Shown: in pieces, positions 1 to 10,298 of the stretch
Layout: each line of letters starts with the position of its first letter
How positions within the stretch are numbered: position 1 is the first letter of the stretch
Assembly: GCA_963713045.1 (NCBI GenBank)
Contig: CAVQKE010000005.1
Coordinates: 160,001-224,000, forward strand
Source: an uncultured delta proteobacterium
GTDB lineage: Bacteria > Myxococcota > Myxococcia > Myxococcales > Myxococcaceae
Direction of reading: 5' to 3'
DNA: 64,000 bases
Made by a program: the position numbers and the translations under genes
The notes under the pieces: model-generated
Databases searched by the model: none
Seen by the model: the letters and a program-made list of their open reading frames with translations, nothing else
Told to the model about the DNA's origin: nothing

Positions 1-58
1 AACCGGGTGAGTAGCTCCAGAAGCCGTGCACGGTCCCGCGCCAGCGCGCCCTCCATGC

Positions 59-859
59 TTAGCTTTCCTCCAGGTAAGCGACCAGTTCGGCGGCGTAGCG
101 CAGCTGGGTGAGCAGCTCCGCTTTGATGTCGTCCTCCAGCGCCCCGAAGACGGGCAAGAGCAGGGCCAAGTCCTGGTTGGCGTCGCCCAGCTGCTGCGTG
201 AGGGAGAGGGCCAGTTCGTCGGCGTCAATTTCCTGCTCCGGCCCTTCCGGGGACAACTCCCCTCCCCCCAGGGCCTGCTCCAGCAATTCGTTGGCCGCCG
301 GCCCAAGGCGTCCTTCGCTGGCCAGCCGCTCTCGCAAGGCCCCCAGCTCGTCTGCCGAGAGGGGCACTGCGTCCAGCCCGTCGGCGAGGGCCACCAGGAG
401 GGCGTCCTCATCGGAGAGCTCGGTGTGGATGCGCGCCAGGACTTTGTCCCGCTGCAAGAAGCGCAGGGCGGCCACTCGGCGGTGGCCGCACACCAGCTGG
501 AAGCGCTCGCCGTGGACCCGGACGTCCACCGGAAACAGTTGTCCCAGGCGAGCAATGTCCTGGGCCAGCCGGCTAACGTCCCCCTCCTCCCGCAGCCGAA
601 AGGCGTCGTCGTCGTCAAGCTCCTCCAGGGAGAGGAGGGCCTGTTCGACGTGAATCGGGCGGCTGAGGACAGCCTCCGAGAGGAAGACGCGCGGTGGCAG
701 CGAGGGCCCCGGGGCATCGAGGACTTCCGCCGCCGCCTCCTCCACTTGAATTTCCGGCAGCAGCTCAGCCCTTGGCGTCTCGGCACCCTCCGCAGCCGCC
801 GGCTCGCGCGGCTCCTCGAGGCTTTCCGGTGCCGGCCTCTCTTGCTCGGGCGTCTCCAT
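59..859 (-). CDS. padC: ParB/Srx-domain protein, PadC-like bactofilin/ParA adaptor
   Basis: ParB-like motifs (LGQLFPVDV...[13 protein letters not shown]) after an acidic, disordered N-terminus. Lies directly downstream of three bactofilins. Start set at the in-frame ATG at 859 (METPEQ); the longer ORF overlaps bacP. Confidence 0.8.
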   Translation of the reverse strand: METPEQERPAPESLEEPREPAAAEGAETPRAELLPEIQVEEAAAEVLDAPGPSLPPRVFLSEAVLSRPIHVEQALLSLEELDDDDAFRLREEGDVSRLAQDIARLGQLFPVDVRVHGERFQLVCGHRRVAALRFLQRDKVLARIHTELSDEDALLVALADGLDAVPLSADELGALRERLASEGRLGPAANELLEQALGGGELSPEGPEQEIDADELALSLTQQLGDANQDLALLLPVFGALEDDIKAELLTQLRYAAELVAYLEES

Positions 860-914
860 CGCTTCGTGCCATACCACACCGGCGTGGTGACGCCGGGTTG
901 GGCTTCCGAGGGCT

Positions 915-1496
915 TTACCGCTTCTTCTTGACGACAATCTTCTTCTTCGCCCCAGCGGCCACGGTGGGCGGGGCCGGCGGGGGGGCGGGCGGGGCCTTGG
1001 CCGCTTCGGGCGTCCGAGAGACGAAGGCCGGCATCGGGGCGCGCGTCGGCGGCCGCGGTGGGAGCGCCGGCGGACGGGCCGGGGCGAGTGCCGCGCGCAC
1101 CACCGGCCGCACCTGCGTCCGGGGCCGCTCGGGCAAGGGCCGCCCGGGGGCAAGTTCTCCCATGTCCACTCGGCCGCGGAAGCTTGCGCCGTCGACGATG
1201 ATGACGCGCGGCGAGCGAATGTCGCCCACCATGCGTCCGTCACGGGTGAGTTCGACCGACTCGGTGGCAGCGATGTTGCCCACCACCACGCCACTGACCA
1301 CCGCGTTTTTGACGGAGACGTTGGCCTTCACCACACCGGACGGCTCGACGATGAGCGTCCGGGTGAGGGCCAGCTCGCCTTCGACGCGGCCGCGGACGGT
1401 GAGGTCCTCGTCTCCGCTGAGCCTGCCGTTGATGAGGATGGACGGGCCGATGACGGTGTTTCCACCGGGGCCGGACAGCTCCTTGGGGCTGGCCAT
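915..1496 (-). CDS. bacP: Bactofilin with Pro-rich, Lys-rich C-terminal tail (BacP-like)
   Basis: Bactofilin beta-helix ([15 protein letters not shown]...[13 protein letters not shown]) followed by a Pro-rich tail ending [10 protein letters not shown]. Third of three tandem bactofilins. Confidence 0.88.
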   Translation of the reverse strand: MASPKELSGPGGNTVIGPSILINGRLSGDEDLTVRGRVEGELALTRTLIVEPSGVVKANVSVKNAVVSGVVVGNIAATESVELTRDGRMVGDIRSPRVIIVDGASFRGRVDMGELAPGRPLPERPRTQVRPVVRAALAPARPPALPPRPPTRAPMPAFVSRTPEAAKAPPAPPPAPPTVAAGAKKKIVVKKKR

Positions 1497-1500
1497 GGGC

Positions 1501-1821
1501 TTAGCCCTTCACGTCCATGTCGACGTTGCCCTTGAAGGAGGCGCCGTCGGCAATGAGGATGCGCGGGGCTTTGATGTCGCCCACCACCCGGCAGTCGCTC
1601 TTGAGCTCCACCTTGTCACTGGCGGCAATGTTGCCCGTCACGCGGCCGGCGATTTCAACATTTTGTGTCTCGATGTCGGCCTCCACGACACCTGAACTCT
1701 CCACGAAGAGGCTTTCCTTCAATGAGATTTTCCCCTTCACGGTGCCCTGGATGACCAGGTCCTCATCGCCCGAAATCTCCCCGTCAATAATCAGGCTCGA
1801 ACCGATGACTGTATTTGCCAC
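1501..1821 (-). CDS. bacO: Bactofilin (BacO-like)
   Basis: Single bactofilin domain (TVIGSSLIIDGEISG...IADGASFKGNVDM). GTG start preceded by GGAGGG. Confidence 0.85.
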   Translation of the reverse strand: MANTVIGSSLIIDGEISGDEDLVIQGTVKGKISLKESLFVESSGVVEADIETQNVEIAGRVTGNIAASDKVELKSDCRVVGDIKAPRILIADGASFKGNVDMDVKG

Positions 1822-1874
1822 GTGGGCATCCCCTCCAGAGGGCTACTGCGACAAGGTCTTTGCCGGTGCGCGCT

Positions 1875-2219
1875 TCAAATGTCGTCCGGCAGCTTCACTT
1901 CCATCTCGATGGAACCGTTGAAGACGGCGCCGTCCTCAATCACCACCCGCGGCGCCTTGATGTCGCCGGCCACCTTGGCCGAGGTGTTGATGGCCACCCG
2001 TGAGGAGGCGTCGATGTTTCCGCTCGCCTCGCCGTTGATGGTCAGCTCCTCCGCCCGAATGTCGGCCTCCACCTTCCCCGTGGGTTCAATGGTGAGGTGG
2101 TTCTTGAGAGCAATTTGGCCTTCCACCCGGCCCTCAATCACCAGGTTTCCGCCGCCGCTGAGGCTGCCCTTGATGATGATGCCCTTGCCGATGATGCCGA
2201 CCTGGTCAGCCTGTGCCAT
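1875..2219 (-). CDS. bacN: Bactofilin (BacN-like)
   Basis: Bactofilin domain (IIGKGIIIKGSLSG...IEDGAVFNGSIEM). First gene of the triplet. Confidence 0.85.
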   Translation of the reverse strand: MAQADQVGIIGKGIIIKGSLSGGGNLVIEGRVEGQIALKNHLTIEPTGKVEADIRAEELTINGEASGNIDASSRVAINTSAKVAGDIKAPRVVIEDGAVFNGSIEMEVKLPDDI

Positions 2220-2245
2220 CCCTTGCCTCTCGTCGAAAACGTACG

Positions 2246-3079
2246 CTACAGATGCTCGGATATCCAGCGACAGATGTCGCGAAATACTTCTTCCTTGCCC
2301 ACCTCATTCAGCAGTTCGTGTCGCATACCGGGGTACTCGCGCAGTGTCTTGTCCTTCGTGCCTAGGGTGTCGAAGAACTGCCGCGCGACTGTCGCGGAGG
2401 CGATGCGGTCGTCCGTCCCCAGCAGCAAAAGGACGGGGACTTGGATGGCGGCCCCGCGGGCCAACACCTCGGCTTGGGCGCGGCTGGACTCGACAAACCA
2501 CCGCGGCGTCCCCACCCGGTTGTAGAGCGGGTCGGCGTTGGTGGCGCGCACCCAGGCCTCGTCCCGGCTGAGGGCGGCGAGGTCCAGGTCGAGTGGGACA
2601 CGCATCGCCGGAAAAATGCCCTGCAGCGCCTTGGCCATCCCGGCCTTCCAGGCCGGCGGCGCAAAGGCGAGTGCCAGGTAGGGCGAGGACAACACCAGTC
2701 CGTCGATGAGGGGCGTGGCCCGCCGCTGCAGCGCCGCCAGGGCCTCCAGCCCCCCGTGGCTGTGGCCGATGACGAAGGCCCGGGTGTTCCCCGCTTGGGT
2801 GCGCATGCGGGCCAGTGCCCGGTCAAAGTCGTCCAGGTAGTCGGAGAATTGGCGGACGTGCCCCCGCGGCCCGGGCGTCTTCCCATGTCCGCGCTGGTCG
2901 TAGGCATGGACGCCGAACCCTTCGGCCACCAGGGCGTCGCGCAGGCTGCGATAGCGGCCGAGGTGGTCGGCATAGCCGTGGAGCATGAGGACATGGGCGC
3001 GTGCCCCGGTGGGCACGTCATCCTCGGTCCACAGGCGCGCACCATCGACGTCGAGGAAGGCTTCCTCGTGAAGGACCAT
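2246..3079 (-). CDS. agmH: Lysophospholipase-like alpha/beta hydrolase (AgmH-like)
   Basis: HGYADH, DQRGHG, GHSHGG nucleophile elbow and C-terminal HELLNE. Position upstream of bacNOP matches M. xanthus agmH (recalled synteny). Confidence 0.75.
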   Translation of the reverse strand: MVLHEEAFLDVDGARLWTEDDVPTGARAHVLMLHGYADHLGRYRSLRDALVAEGFGVHAYDQRGHGKTPGPRGHVRQFSDYLDDFDRALARMRTQAGNTRAFVIGHSHGGLEALAALQRRATPLIDGLVLSSPYLALAFAPPAWKAGMAKALQGIFPAMRVPLDLDLAALSRDEAWVRATNADPLYNRVGTPRWFVESSRAQAEVLARGAAIQVPVLLLLGTDDRIASATVARQFFDTLGTKDKTLREYPGMRHELLNEVGKEEVFRDICRWISEHL

Positions 3080-3094
3080 GGCGGTGAGGCAAGC

Positions 3095-4945
3095 CTAGCG
3101 GTCCGCGACGTCCGAGGACAGTCCCTTCAGCTTCGCCTCCACCCGGGGCCGAAGGGCGGCGGCCTCGGGGTCGGTGGAGGTGCGAGCCGCCTCCAGGGAG
3201 CGGCGGTAGGCGGCCGCCGCCTCTCGGCGCTTCTGGATGCCGAGGTAGGCGTCGCCCAAGTGTTCGGCGATGACCGGTTCATCCGGCTCGAGCGCCGCGG
3301 CATGTTCCAAGGTGGTGACGGCCCGCCCGTATTCGTGGCGGTGGAAGAAGAGCCAGCCGAGGCTGTCCAGGAAGGCTCCCGTCTCCGGGCGCAGCTCCAG
3401 CGCGCGGTGCAGCAGCCGCTCGGCTTCGTCCAAGTCCCGGTCCTGCTCGGTGAGGGTGTAGCCGATGAAGTTGAGGGCGGAGGCGTTGTCCGGGTTGAGG
3501 GCCAGCACCTCGCGCATCCGTTCAATGCTGTGGGTGTGGTCGCCGGCCCTTTCATAGGCAGCAGCCAGCGTGAAGAGGAGTGACTCCTGGTGAGGGCGGC
3601 CTTGGACTTCGCGCGTGAGAAGCGCGATGGCCTCGCCGGTGCGGCCCTGCCGCTCGAGGAGGAGGGCCAGAGCCTCCGTCAGTTGCGGCGCGCCGCGAAC
3701 GCGCGCCGCCTCACGAAGGAAGCGCTCGCCCTCGCCGGGCTTGCCATTCACCTCGAGGGCCTCGGCCAAGGCGGGGTAGAGGGCCAAGTCATCCGGCGTT
3801 GCCAGAAGCGCGGCTTGAAGCAGCGCGACGCCCTCTGCCGGCCGCCCAGCACGCCCCAGGGCTGCGGCACGCCGCAGTCGCGCCTCGCGGAAAAGCTCCG
3901 AGGCCGCGCCCACCTCGGCGTAGGCCTGGACCGCCTCCTCCCAGCGCGCGGCGCGCTCGTCCAACAGCCCGGCGTAAAAGGAGACGCGCGGGTCCGCCAC
4001 GCCGGCATGCCGTGCGTCGTTGAGGACAGCGCTGGCCTCGGCCGTCCGCTGCGCAGAAAGCCAGGTGAAGGCGACGCGCAGGGTGAGGTCCGGGTCCTCG
4101 GAAAGGCCCAAGACTCTGTCCAGGTAGGCCCGGGCGCGGCCGGGCGCATCGGCCCGCAGCGCGAGGCGCCCCGCGTCCAACAGCGCATTGCGGTTGTCGG
4201 GGTCGACTTCCAGGGCATGGGCCAAGCTGTCCTCGGCCACCGCTGGCTTGCCGAGCGCCTCCTGCACGCCGGCCAGGGACACCCAAGTCTCCACGTCGCC
4301 CGGGTCGAGCTCGGCGGCGCGCGCCAGCAGGGACTCGGCACGGGGGGCTTCCCCTTTCTCGGCCAGCGCTTGGCCGAGGCGCTTCAGCCCGAGCGGCTCG
4401 CCGCCCGCATCCGCCAGCGCCTGCACCACGTGCACCGCCTCGTCCAACTGTCCGGATTCCAGCGCCATCTCTGCCAGAAGCAGGTAGGAGTCCGGCTCCT
4501 TGGGCCGTTGCGCCTGGGCCCGCCGCAGCACCGCGCGGGCCTTGGGAAATTGGCGCCCTTCATACAGGACGCGCGCCAACAGCAGCTCTGCCGCAAAGTC
4601 ATCCGGGTGCCTGTCGAGGACGGCCCGGGCCTGGTCTTCTGCGTGCGGCCAGTCCTGCAGTCGCACGTAGGCCTCACCCAAGGCCACCAGGAGGTAGGGG
4701 TTCCTCTCATCCGTGGCCAACGCCAGCCGCAACTCGTCCACCACCCGGCGCTCGTCGCCAGCCTGGTGAGCAAGACGCGCCAGGAGGAAGTGGGCGTAGG
4801 CCGCAGCAGAGGCGAAGGTGCCGGGCGCGGCGTCCATGGCCTCCCGCATGGCCGAGACGTCCACCGCCGGACGGCGCACCTCCGCCGTTTGCCCGGCCGG
4901 CGTCGCCGCGACGAAAAAGAGGAGGAGGAGGGACGGAGCGGCCAC
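3095..4945 (-). CDS. Secreted tetratricopeptide-repeat protein
   Basis: Hydrophobic signal-like N-terminus (VAAPSLLLLFFVAA), many TPR repeats and a typical C-terminal motif (NASALNFIGY...AFLDSLGW). Start estimated at GTG 4945. Confidence 0.85.
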   Translation of the reverse strand: MAAPSLLLLFFVAATPAGQTAEVRRPAVDVSAMREAMDAAPGTFASAAAYAHFLLARLAHQAGDERRVVDELRLALATDERNPYLLVALGEAYVRLQDWPHAEDQARAVLDRHPDDFAAELLLARVLYEGRQFPKARAVLRRAQAQRPKEPDSYLLLAEMALESGQLDEAVHVVQALADAGGEPLGLKRLGQALAEKGEAPRAESLLARAAELDPGDVETWVSLAGVQEALGKPAVAEDSLAHALEVDPDNRNALLDAGRLALRADAPGRARAYLDRVLGLSEDPDLTLRVAFTWLSAQRTAEASAVLNDARHAGVADPRVSFYAGLLDERAARWEEAVQAYAEVGAASELFREARLRRAAALGRAGRPAEGVALLQAALLATPDDLALYPALAEALEVNGKPGEGERFLREAARVRGAPQLTEALALLLERQGRTGEAIALLTREVQGRPHQESLLFTLAAAYERAGDHTHSIERMREVLALNPDNASALNFIGYTLTEQDRDLDEAERLLHRALELRPETGAFLDSLGWLFFHRHEYGRAVTTLEHAAALEPDEPVIAEHLGDAYLGIQKRREAAAAYRRSLEAARTSTDPEAAALRPRVEAKLKGLSSDVADR

Positions 4946-5084
4946 GCGCTGTTTTTTTTTGGAAAGAAGACTCCGCCGTGGGGGGGAGGCGGAACGCCCC
5001 CCAAGCCTAGCAGGCTGGGCGCCAGCCCTGGAGGCCGGGGGGCGCAGGCCGGCCCCGGGCGCCGACGCCACCGAGGCCTGGGCG

Positions 5085-7244
5085 CTAGCCGAGGAGGCGC
5101 TGCAGGACGGCCTCGGGCATTTCCCTTGGAGGGACTTCGGCCACGTCCACCTCGCAGTGGTGGTTGCCTTGGCGCCGGAGGTCGACCTCCACCCGTCCAA
5201 AGACGCTTTGGGCCTGGGCCGCAGTGCACTCCGGCAGCACCGCGGCGAAGGTGCCTCCGCCGAGGTGGGCCAACACGTCCGGAGCGCGCAGGCGCTCGCG
5301 CATGCGGGCTGCGCAGCTGCGCAGCGCCTCGGTGCCGTGCTCGCCGGTGCGGGCCACGGCGAGGGCCAACGGCCGGCCGTAACGGCGGGCACGGGCCGCC
5401 TCCTGGGTGAGGCGGATGACGAGGCCCCGCCTGTCCAACAGCCCAGTGGCGGTGTCGGTGGGGCCGGCTGCCGCAGAGGGGACCGGGAGGGAGGCTCCGG
5501 AGGACTTGAGGGAGAGGGCTCGCTCGGTGCGCTCCAACAGCTCCGAGGAACGAAACGGCTTGGCCAGGTAGTCCACCGCCCCCAGGTTGAGGGCCCGCAC
5601 TCGGTCTGCAACGCCCACCTGCGCCGAGACGAGAATGACGGGAATGTCCGCGGTGTCCGAGGAAGCCTTGAGGGACAGCACCGCGTCGAGCCCGTCCATG
5701 TGCGGCAAGAAGACGTCCATCACCACCAAGTCCGGGTGCAGGGCACGGGCCTTGGCGACGCCCTCGGCGCCGTCGCGCGCGAGTTCCACCCGGTAGCGTT
5801 TGCGAAGAATGCCCTCCAGCACGGCGGCAATGTCCGGCTCGTCCTCCACCACCAGCACCCGCGGTTGCTCGCCGGGGGTGGGCAGCACGCCTGAGCGCTG
5901 TCGCGGCACGTCCTGGGAGGCGAGCGGCAGGGTGAAGACGAAGGCGCAGCCCCCCTCGGGCGGCCGCTCGGCCCAAATCTCCCCGCCGTGCAGCTCGACG
6001 AAGTCCTTACAAATGGCGAGGCCGAGTCCGGTGCCGCCCGGGCCGTGCCGGTAGCGGTCAAAGACGAGGTGCAGCTGGTCCTCACTGAGGCCCTTGCCGT
6101 CGTCCTGCACCACCACCTTGGCCACCGCCCCGTCGGGACGGGCCAGCATGCGCGCCTCCACCCTCACCACCGCCGCGGCGTGCGACAGCGCGTTGGAGAT
6201 GAGGTTTTGCAGCACTTCGCGCAGCTTGAGTTCGTCGCCCATGACGGGGAGCCGCTCGGGGGCCAGCACCTCCAAGGCCAACAAGCGTTCGCGGGCGAGA
6301 ATGTCCATCTCCGCGACGCAGTCGCTGGCCACTTGGCCCACGTCCACCAGCTGGACGTCCAAGGCGACACGGGAGTGCTCGCCCTTGCCCTTTTCCAAAA
6401 GCGACTCCACCAGCTTGAGGATTTTTCGGGCCTGGCGGACCACGGCGCTGGCCGACTCGTGGTGCTCGGCTTGCAGCTGAGCGTCCTCGAGGAGGCGGCC
6501 ATGGCCAATGACGACTTGCAGCGGGGAGCGCAAGTCGTGACTGGCGATGGCGATGAGTTCATCCTTGAAGCGCGCCATCTCGCGGAGCCGCCGGTTGGCT
6601 TCGGTGAGCTCGCGGTAGCGGTCCACGTACTTCAGCTCCAGGTCCTCCCGCTTCTTCTGCAGCGCAGCGTGCAGCCGGGCATTGCGCACCGAGTTGGCCA
6701 GCGCCGCCGCGACCGCCCGCGCAAATTCCTGCTCCTCACGCCCGAAAGCGCCGCTGCGCCGCGAGAGGCGCAGAAACAGCGCCCCCACCAAGTCGTCCTG
6801 GCTGATGAGGGGCTGGACCAGAATGCTTTTGACCCCCAGCGGCGCAATCAGCGGACGCACCTCGGCCATCAGCGGGTCGACGAGCGCGTCTTCGACGTAA
6901 GTGGCCTCGCGCGTGCGCAGCGACTGGCGCAGCTCCGGGTAGCGCGCCAAGTCAATGGCCAACGGCTGGAGGTCCGGCCGCTCAAAGGTGGCCATCACCG
7001 TGGCGGTGGCGTTGGCCTCGCCGGTGCCGTCCACCAGCACCACGCTGCAGCGGTCCATGGGCAGCACCCGGCCCACCTTGTCCACTGCAATTTTGAGAAT
7101 TTCTCCCAGCTCGAGCGAGCTGGTGGCGGCCTGAGTAATTTCGAGGAGCATCGCCATGCGCTCGGCAAGGCGCTCCCGGGCCCCCTTGCGAGCCTGCGCC
7201 GTTCCCTCCACCGCGGGACCGGTCGGCGAAGTCTCCCCTTTCAT
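5085..7244 (-). CDS. sgmT: Hybrid histidine kinase GAF-HisKA-HATPase-REC-degenerate GGDEF (SgmT-like)
   Basis: GAF region, H-box SHDLRSPL, N/G1/G2 boxes (NLISNA, DDGKG, GTGLGL), receiver domain (VVEDE...VMD...KPF), and a GGDEF domain with RAPD I-site and degenerate GGGTF. Synteny with bacNOP supports the name. Confidence 0.85.
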   Translation of the reverse strand: MKGETSPTGPAVEGTAQARKGARERLAERMAMLLEITQAATSSLELGEILKIAVDKVGRVLPMDRCSVVLVDGTGEANATATVMATFERPDLQPLAIDLARYPELRQSLRTREATYVEDALVDPLMAEVRPLIAPLGVKSILVQPLISQDDLVGALFLRLSRRSGAFGREEQEFARAVAAALANSVRNARLHAALQKKREDLELKYVDRYRELTEANRRLREMARFKDELIAIASHDLRSPLQVVIGHGRLLEDAQLQAEHHESASAVVRQARKILKLVESLLEKGKGEHSRVALDVQLVDVGQVASDCVAEMDILARERLLALEVLAPERLPVMGDELKLREVLQNLISNALSHAAAVVRVEARMLARPDGAVAKVVVQDDGKGLSEDQLHLVFDRYRHGPGGTGLGLAICKDFVELHGGEIWAERPPEGGCAFVFTLPLASQDVPRQRSGVLPTPGEQPRVLVVEDEPDIAAVLEGILRKRYRVELARDGAEGVAKARALHPDLVVMDVFLPHMDGLDAVLSLKASSDTADIPVILVSAQVGVADRVRALNLGAVDYLAKPFRSSELLERTERALSLKSSGASLPVPSAAAGPTDTATGLLDRRGLVIRLTQEAARARRYGRPLALAVARTGEHGTEALRSCAARMRERLRAPDVLAHLGGGTFAAVLPECTAAQAQSVFGRVEVDLRRQGNHHCEVDVAEVPPREMPEAVLQRLLG

Positions 7245-7372
7245 CCTCGTTTCATCTTTCCGCAATTTCTGCCGTGGTGCCAGCGACAGCCAACAGGCCT
7301 GAAGTCCCAAGCGGGTTCGTTGTGACCCTGAGCCCCACGCATATACTCCCGAATGCCCTGACGTTTCCGCGC

Positions 7373-9541
7373 ATGCCCCGCCAACTCGTCTTTCTCAGCG
7401 TTGGGCTGCTGCTTGGTGCCTCGGCGGGGGCGCAGACGCAGGACGACGACTTCAACACCTACCCCCCGTCAGCGGCCCAGACGCCGGCCCCCTCGGCACC
7501 CAGCCCCCCGGTGCCCGCGGCCACACCACCGCCAACGCCCAAGCCCAGTGGGCCCGCGCAGGGGGTGGTCCCGGCCACGCCGCCGGCCGTTGCCCCTCCG
7601 GTGGGCGTTTCCCCGCCGACGGGTCCCCTTGCCAAGGGTGGCGCACCGGCTACCGGGCTGGCCCCTGGGCAGACGCTGGTGCAGGTGCTTCCGGGGAGCC
7701 CCCCACCCGGCCCTTCCACCCTGGGCAATGCCTTCCTCGACGCGCACAACGCGCGGCTGTCGCAGGGGCTGTTTGGGGGCCTCGGCACCCTCAACGTCTC
7801 CAGCGCAGACCTGGGGCCAGCCGGCGTGCTGCGTTTTGCAGCGTACGGCCAGTACTACAACAACACCGACTGGCCGCGTGCGAGCGACGAGGCGACGCGC
7901 ACCGCGGGACTGTTCGCCATTGACATCGTCCCGTTGGAATGGCTCGAGCTGTACGCCAGCTACTCGGCCTCCAGCACCACCAACACCGGCAGTAACCCGC
8001 ACTTTATTTCCGCGGTGGGGGACGTCGGCCTGGGGATGAAATTCGCCTGGCACCTTGGTGGCGTCTTCGCCCTCGGTGTGGACTTGCGCGCCAGCCGCTT
8101 CCCCGGCGTCGGCAGCCAGGACATTGCCCAGGCCGGCTACACCCTCTCCCCCTACCTGGTCTTTGCCTGGACGCCGCCCATTCCCTTGCGCTTCGGCTTT
8201 CAGTTCGGCGCGCAGTGGCAGTGGAACAGCGTCGTCCTCTCGCAGCCCGGCGGCGGCGTGGAGGACGACATTGCCCTCAACCAAACCACGTACAACCAAC
8301 TGCTGGCAGGCGTCTCGCTCGAATTTCCAATTCCCATTGTGACGCCCTTCTTCGAATACACCACCGGCTACCCCTTCAACGTCCACAACGGCACCCTCAT
8401 CGGGCCCAACGGCCAAAGCGTCCCCATTCACGCCGCGCTGCCGCACCAGATGAATGCCGGCCTCAAGTTTTCCCTCATCGAAAACCTGACTCTCCTGGTC
8501 GCCGGCCAATTCGGGCTGCAAAGCACCGCCGCCTTGGGCGTGCCCGCCATTCCGCCGTGGAACCTCGTCTTCTCCGCCACCTACGCCGTGGACCTCTTCC
8601 CCAAGCCCCCCACGCGGGTGGTGACGCAAGCGGTGGCGGTGGAGGCGCCCGTGGCGCCGCCGCTGACCGGCACCGTGACCGGGGTGGTGGTGGACGCCGC
8701 CACCAAGGCCCCGTTGGGCGGGGTGGTGGTGAATGTGGAGGGAAGCCCCGTCGGGCCGGTGGCCTCGGACGCCGCTGCTGGGCAATTCCTCAGCCGGCCG
8801 CTTCCACCGGGGCCGGTGAAGCTGCAACTGAGCCGCGACGGCTACCAGGCGGGGCTGGTGACTGCAGTGGTGGAGGCTGGGAAGGACACGGCGGTCCAGG
8901 TCGCCCTCCTTCCAGAGGCGAAGCAGTCGCGCTTCCTCCTCAGCACCACTGCGCACCGGCGTCCGCTGGCGGCGACGGTGAAGTTCACCGGGGCGGAGAC
9001 GAAGGTGGTGGACACCAAGGCCGACGCCACTGGCCCCACGCCGGTGGCCGCCACACCCGGTACCTACCTGGCCGAGGTGACGGCGCCGGGCTATTTGGCG
9101 CAGCTGCGCGAGGTGGAGCTGAGTGCTGGGGCGGAGTTGCAGCTTGCCTTTGACTTGCAGCCCGAGCCCCGGAGACACCACGTGGTGCTGCGGGAAGACA
9201 GGCTGGAGTTGTTGGTGCAAGTGCACTTCGCCCCGGGCAAGGCCACCATTCTGGCGGACAGCTTCGCGCTGTTGGACGAGGTGGTGGACGCGGTGGTGCG
9301 CCTCGGCATCAAGCGGGTGCGGGTGGAGGGCTACACCGACTCCTCCGGCACCCGCGCCGGCAACCTCCGTCTTTCCCAGGCCCGTGCCGAGGCCGTCATG
9401 GAGTACCTCGCCCAAAAAGGAATTCCCCGAAGCCGGCTGGAGGCGAAGGGCTATGGAGACGCGCGGCCTTTGGCCCCCAACCTGACCGCCCGCGGGCGCG
9501 AGCTCAACCGTCGCGTGGAAATTGTGGTGTTGGAGAGGTAG
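7373..9541 (+). CDS. OmpA-family outer-membrane protein with carboxypeptidase-regulatory-like repeats
   Basis: Signal peptide, Pro-rich linker, aromatic beta-strand-rich region, Ig-like repeats (GTVTGVVVDAATKAPL) and C-terminal OmpA domain (VEGYTD...NLRLSQARAEAV...NRRVEI). Confidence 0.88.
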   Translation: MPRQLVFLSVGLLLGASAGAQTQDDDFNTYPPSAAQTPAPSAPSPPVPAATPPPTPKPSGPAQGVVPATPPAVAPPVGVSPPTGPLAKGGAPATGLAPGQTLVQVLPGSPPPGPSTLGNAFLDAHNARLSQGLFGGLGTLNVSSADLGPAGVLRFAAYGQYYNNTDWPRASDEATRTAGLFAIDIVPLEWLELYASYSASSTTNTGSNPHFISAVGDVGLGMKFAWHLGGVFALGVDLRASRFPGVGSQDIAQAGYTLSPYLVFAWTPPIPLRFGFQFGAQWQWNSVVLSQPGGGVEDDIALNQTTYNQLLAGVSLEFPIPIVTPFFEYTTGYPFNVHNGTLIGPNGQSVPIHAALPHQMNAGLKFSLIENLTLLVAGQFGLQSTAALGVPAIPPWNLVFSATYAVDLFPKPPTRVVTQAVAVEAPVAPPLTGTVTGVVVDAATKAPLGGVVVNVEGSPVGPVASDAAAGQFLSRPLPPGPVKLQLSRDGYQAGLVTAVVEAGKDTAVQVALLPEAKQSRFLLSTTAHRRPLAATVKFTGAETKVVDTKADATGPTPVAATPGTYLAEVTAPGYLAQLREVELSAGAELQLAFDLQPEPRRHHVVLREDRLELLVQVHFAPGKATILADSFALLDEVVDAVVRLGIKRVRVEGYTDSSGTRAGNLRLSQARAEAVMEYLAQKGIPRSRLEAKGYGDARPLAPNLTARGRELNRRVEIVVLER

Positions 9542-10298
9542 CGACGCCGTGGGCGACTGTGCGCGCGGCCAGCAGGGCTTCGCGGTTTCCAGCCGGCCCG
9601 AGGATGGGCGAGTCTGTCACCCCCAACACGACGAGGCCTAAGGCTTCGGCCGCCTGTTGCACCCGCGCCACGGCCGCCGCGCGCGCCGCCTCGTCGCGCA
9701 CCACGCCGCCCTTGGCCACCAGGGCTCTGCCCACTTCAAATTGGGGCTTCACCAATGCCACCAACAGGCCGCCCGGCCGTAAGAGGGGAACCAGCGCCGG
9801 AAGCACCAGGGTGAGGGAGATGAAGCTGACGTCCGCCACCACCACATCCACCACCTCCCCCAGCGCGTCGGAGGCCAGGTGACGGGCGTTTTGTCGCTCG
9901 TGCACCAGCACTCGGCCATCCGCGCGCAGCCGCGCGTGCAGCTGCCCGTAGCCGACGTCCAGCGCGTGGACGCGCGCGGCGCCGGCCTGGAGCAGGCAGT
10001 CGGTGAAGCCGCCGGTGCTCGCGCCAATGTCGGCGCAAACCGCCCCTTGGACGTCCAAGTGAAATGTCTTGAGCGCATGGTGCAGCTTCAGGCCTCCGCG
10101 CGAGACGTAGGGCAGCACCTCCCCCTTGAGGCGCAAGGGCGCGTCCACACTGACGCGCGTGCCCGGCTTGTCGATTCGCGTCTCCCCGACCACCACCTGT
10201 CCGCCAAGGACGAGGGCCTGCGCCCGCGCCCGCGTCGGCGCGAGGCCCGCCTGCACGAGAAGCACGTCCAGGCGCTCCTTTTTTTTCGCAGAATTCAT
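9504..10298 (-). CDS. tlyA: TlyA-family rRNA 2'-O-methyltransferase
   Basis: S4 domain (RLDVLLV), YVSRGGLKL, DIGASTGGFTD, DVSFISL, LVKPQFE. Confidence 0.95.
   Translation of the reverse strand: MNSAKKKERLDVLLVQAGLAPTRARAQALVLGGQVVVGETRIDKPGTRVSVDAPLRLKGEVLPYVSRGGLKLHHALKTFHLDVQGAVCADIGASTGGFTDCLLQAGAARVHALDVGYGQLHARLRADGRVLVHERQNARHLASDALGEVVDVVVADVSFISLTLVLPALVPLLRPGGLLVALVKPQFEVGRALVAKGGVVRDEAARAAAVARVQQAAEALGLVVLGVTDSPILGPAGNREALLAARTVAHGVATSPTPQFPRDG

Noticed and set aside
4952..4986. T9 and G7 homopolymers upstream of the TPR gene as phase-variation tracts
   Set aside because: The tracts are short and non-coding, and a single sequence gives no evidence of length variation.
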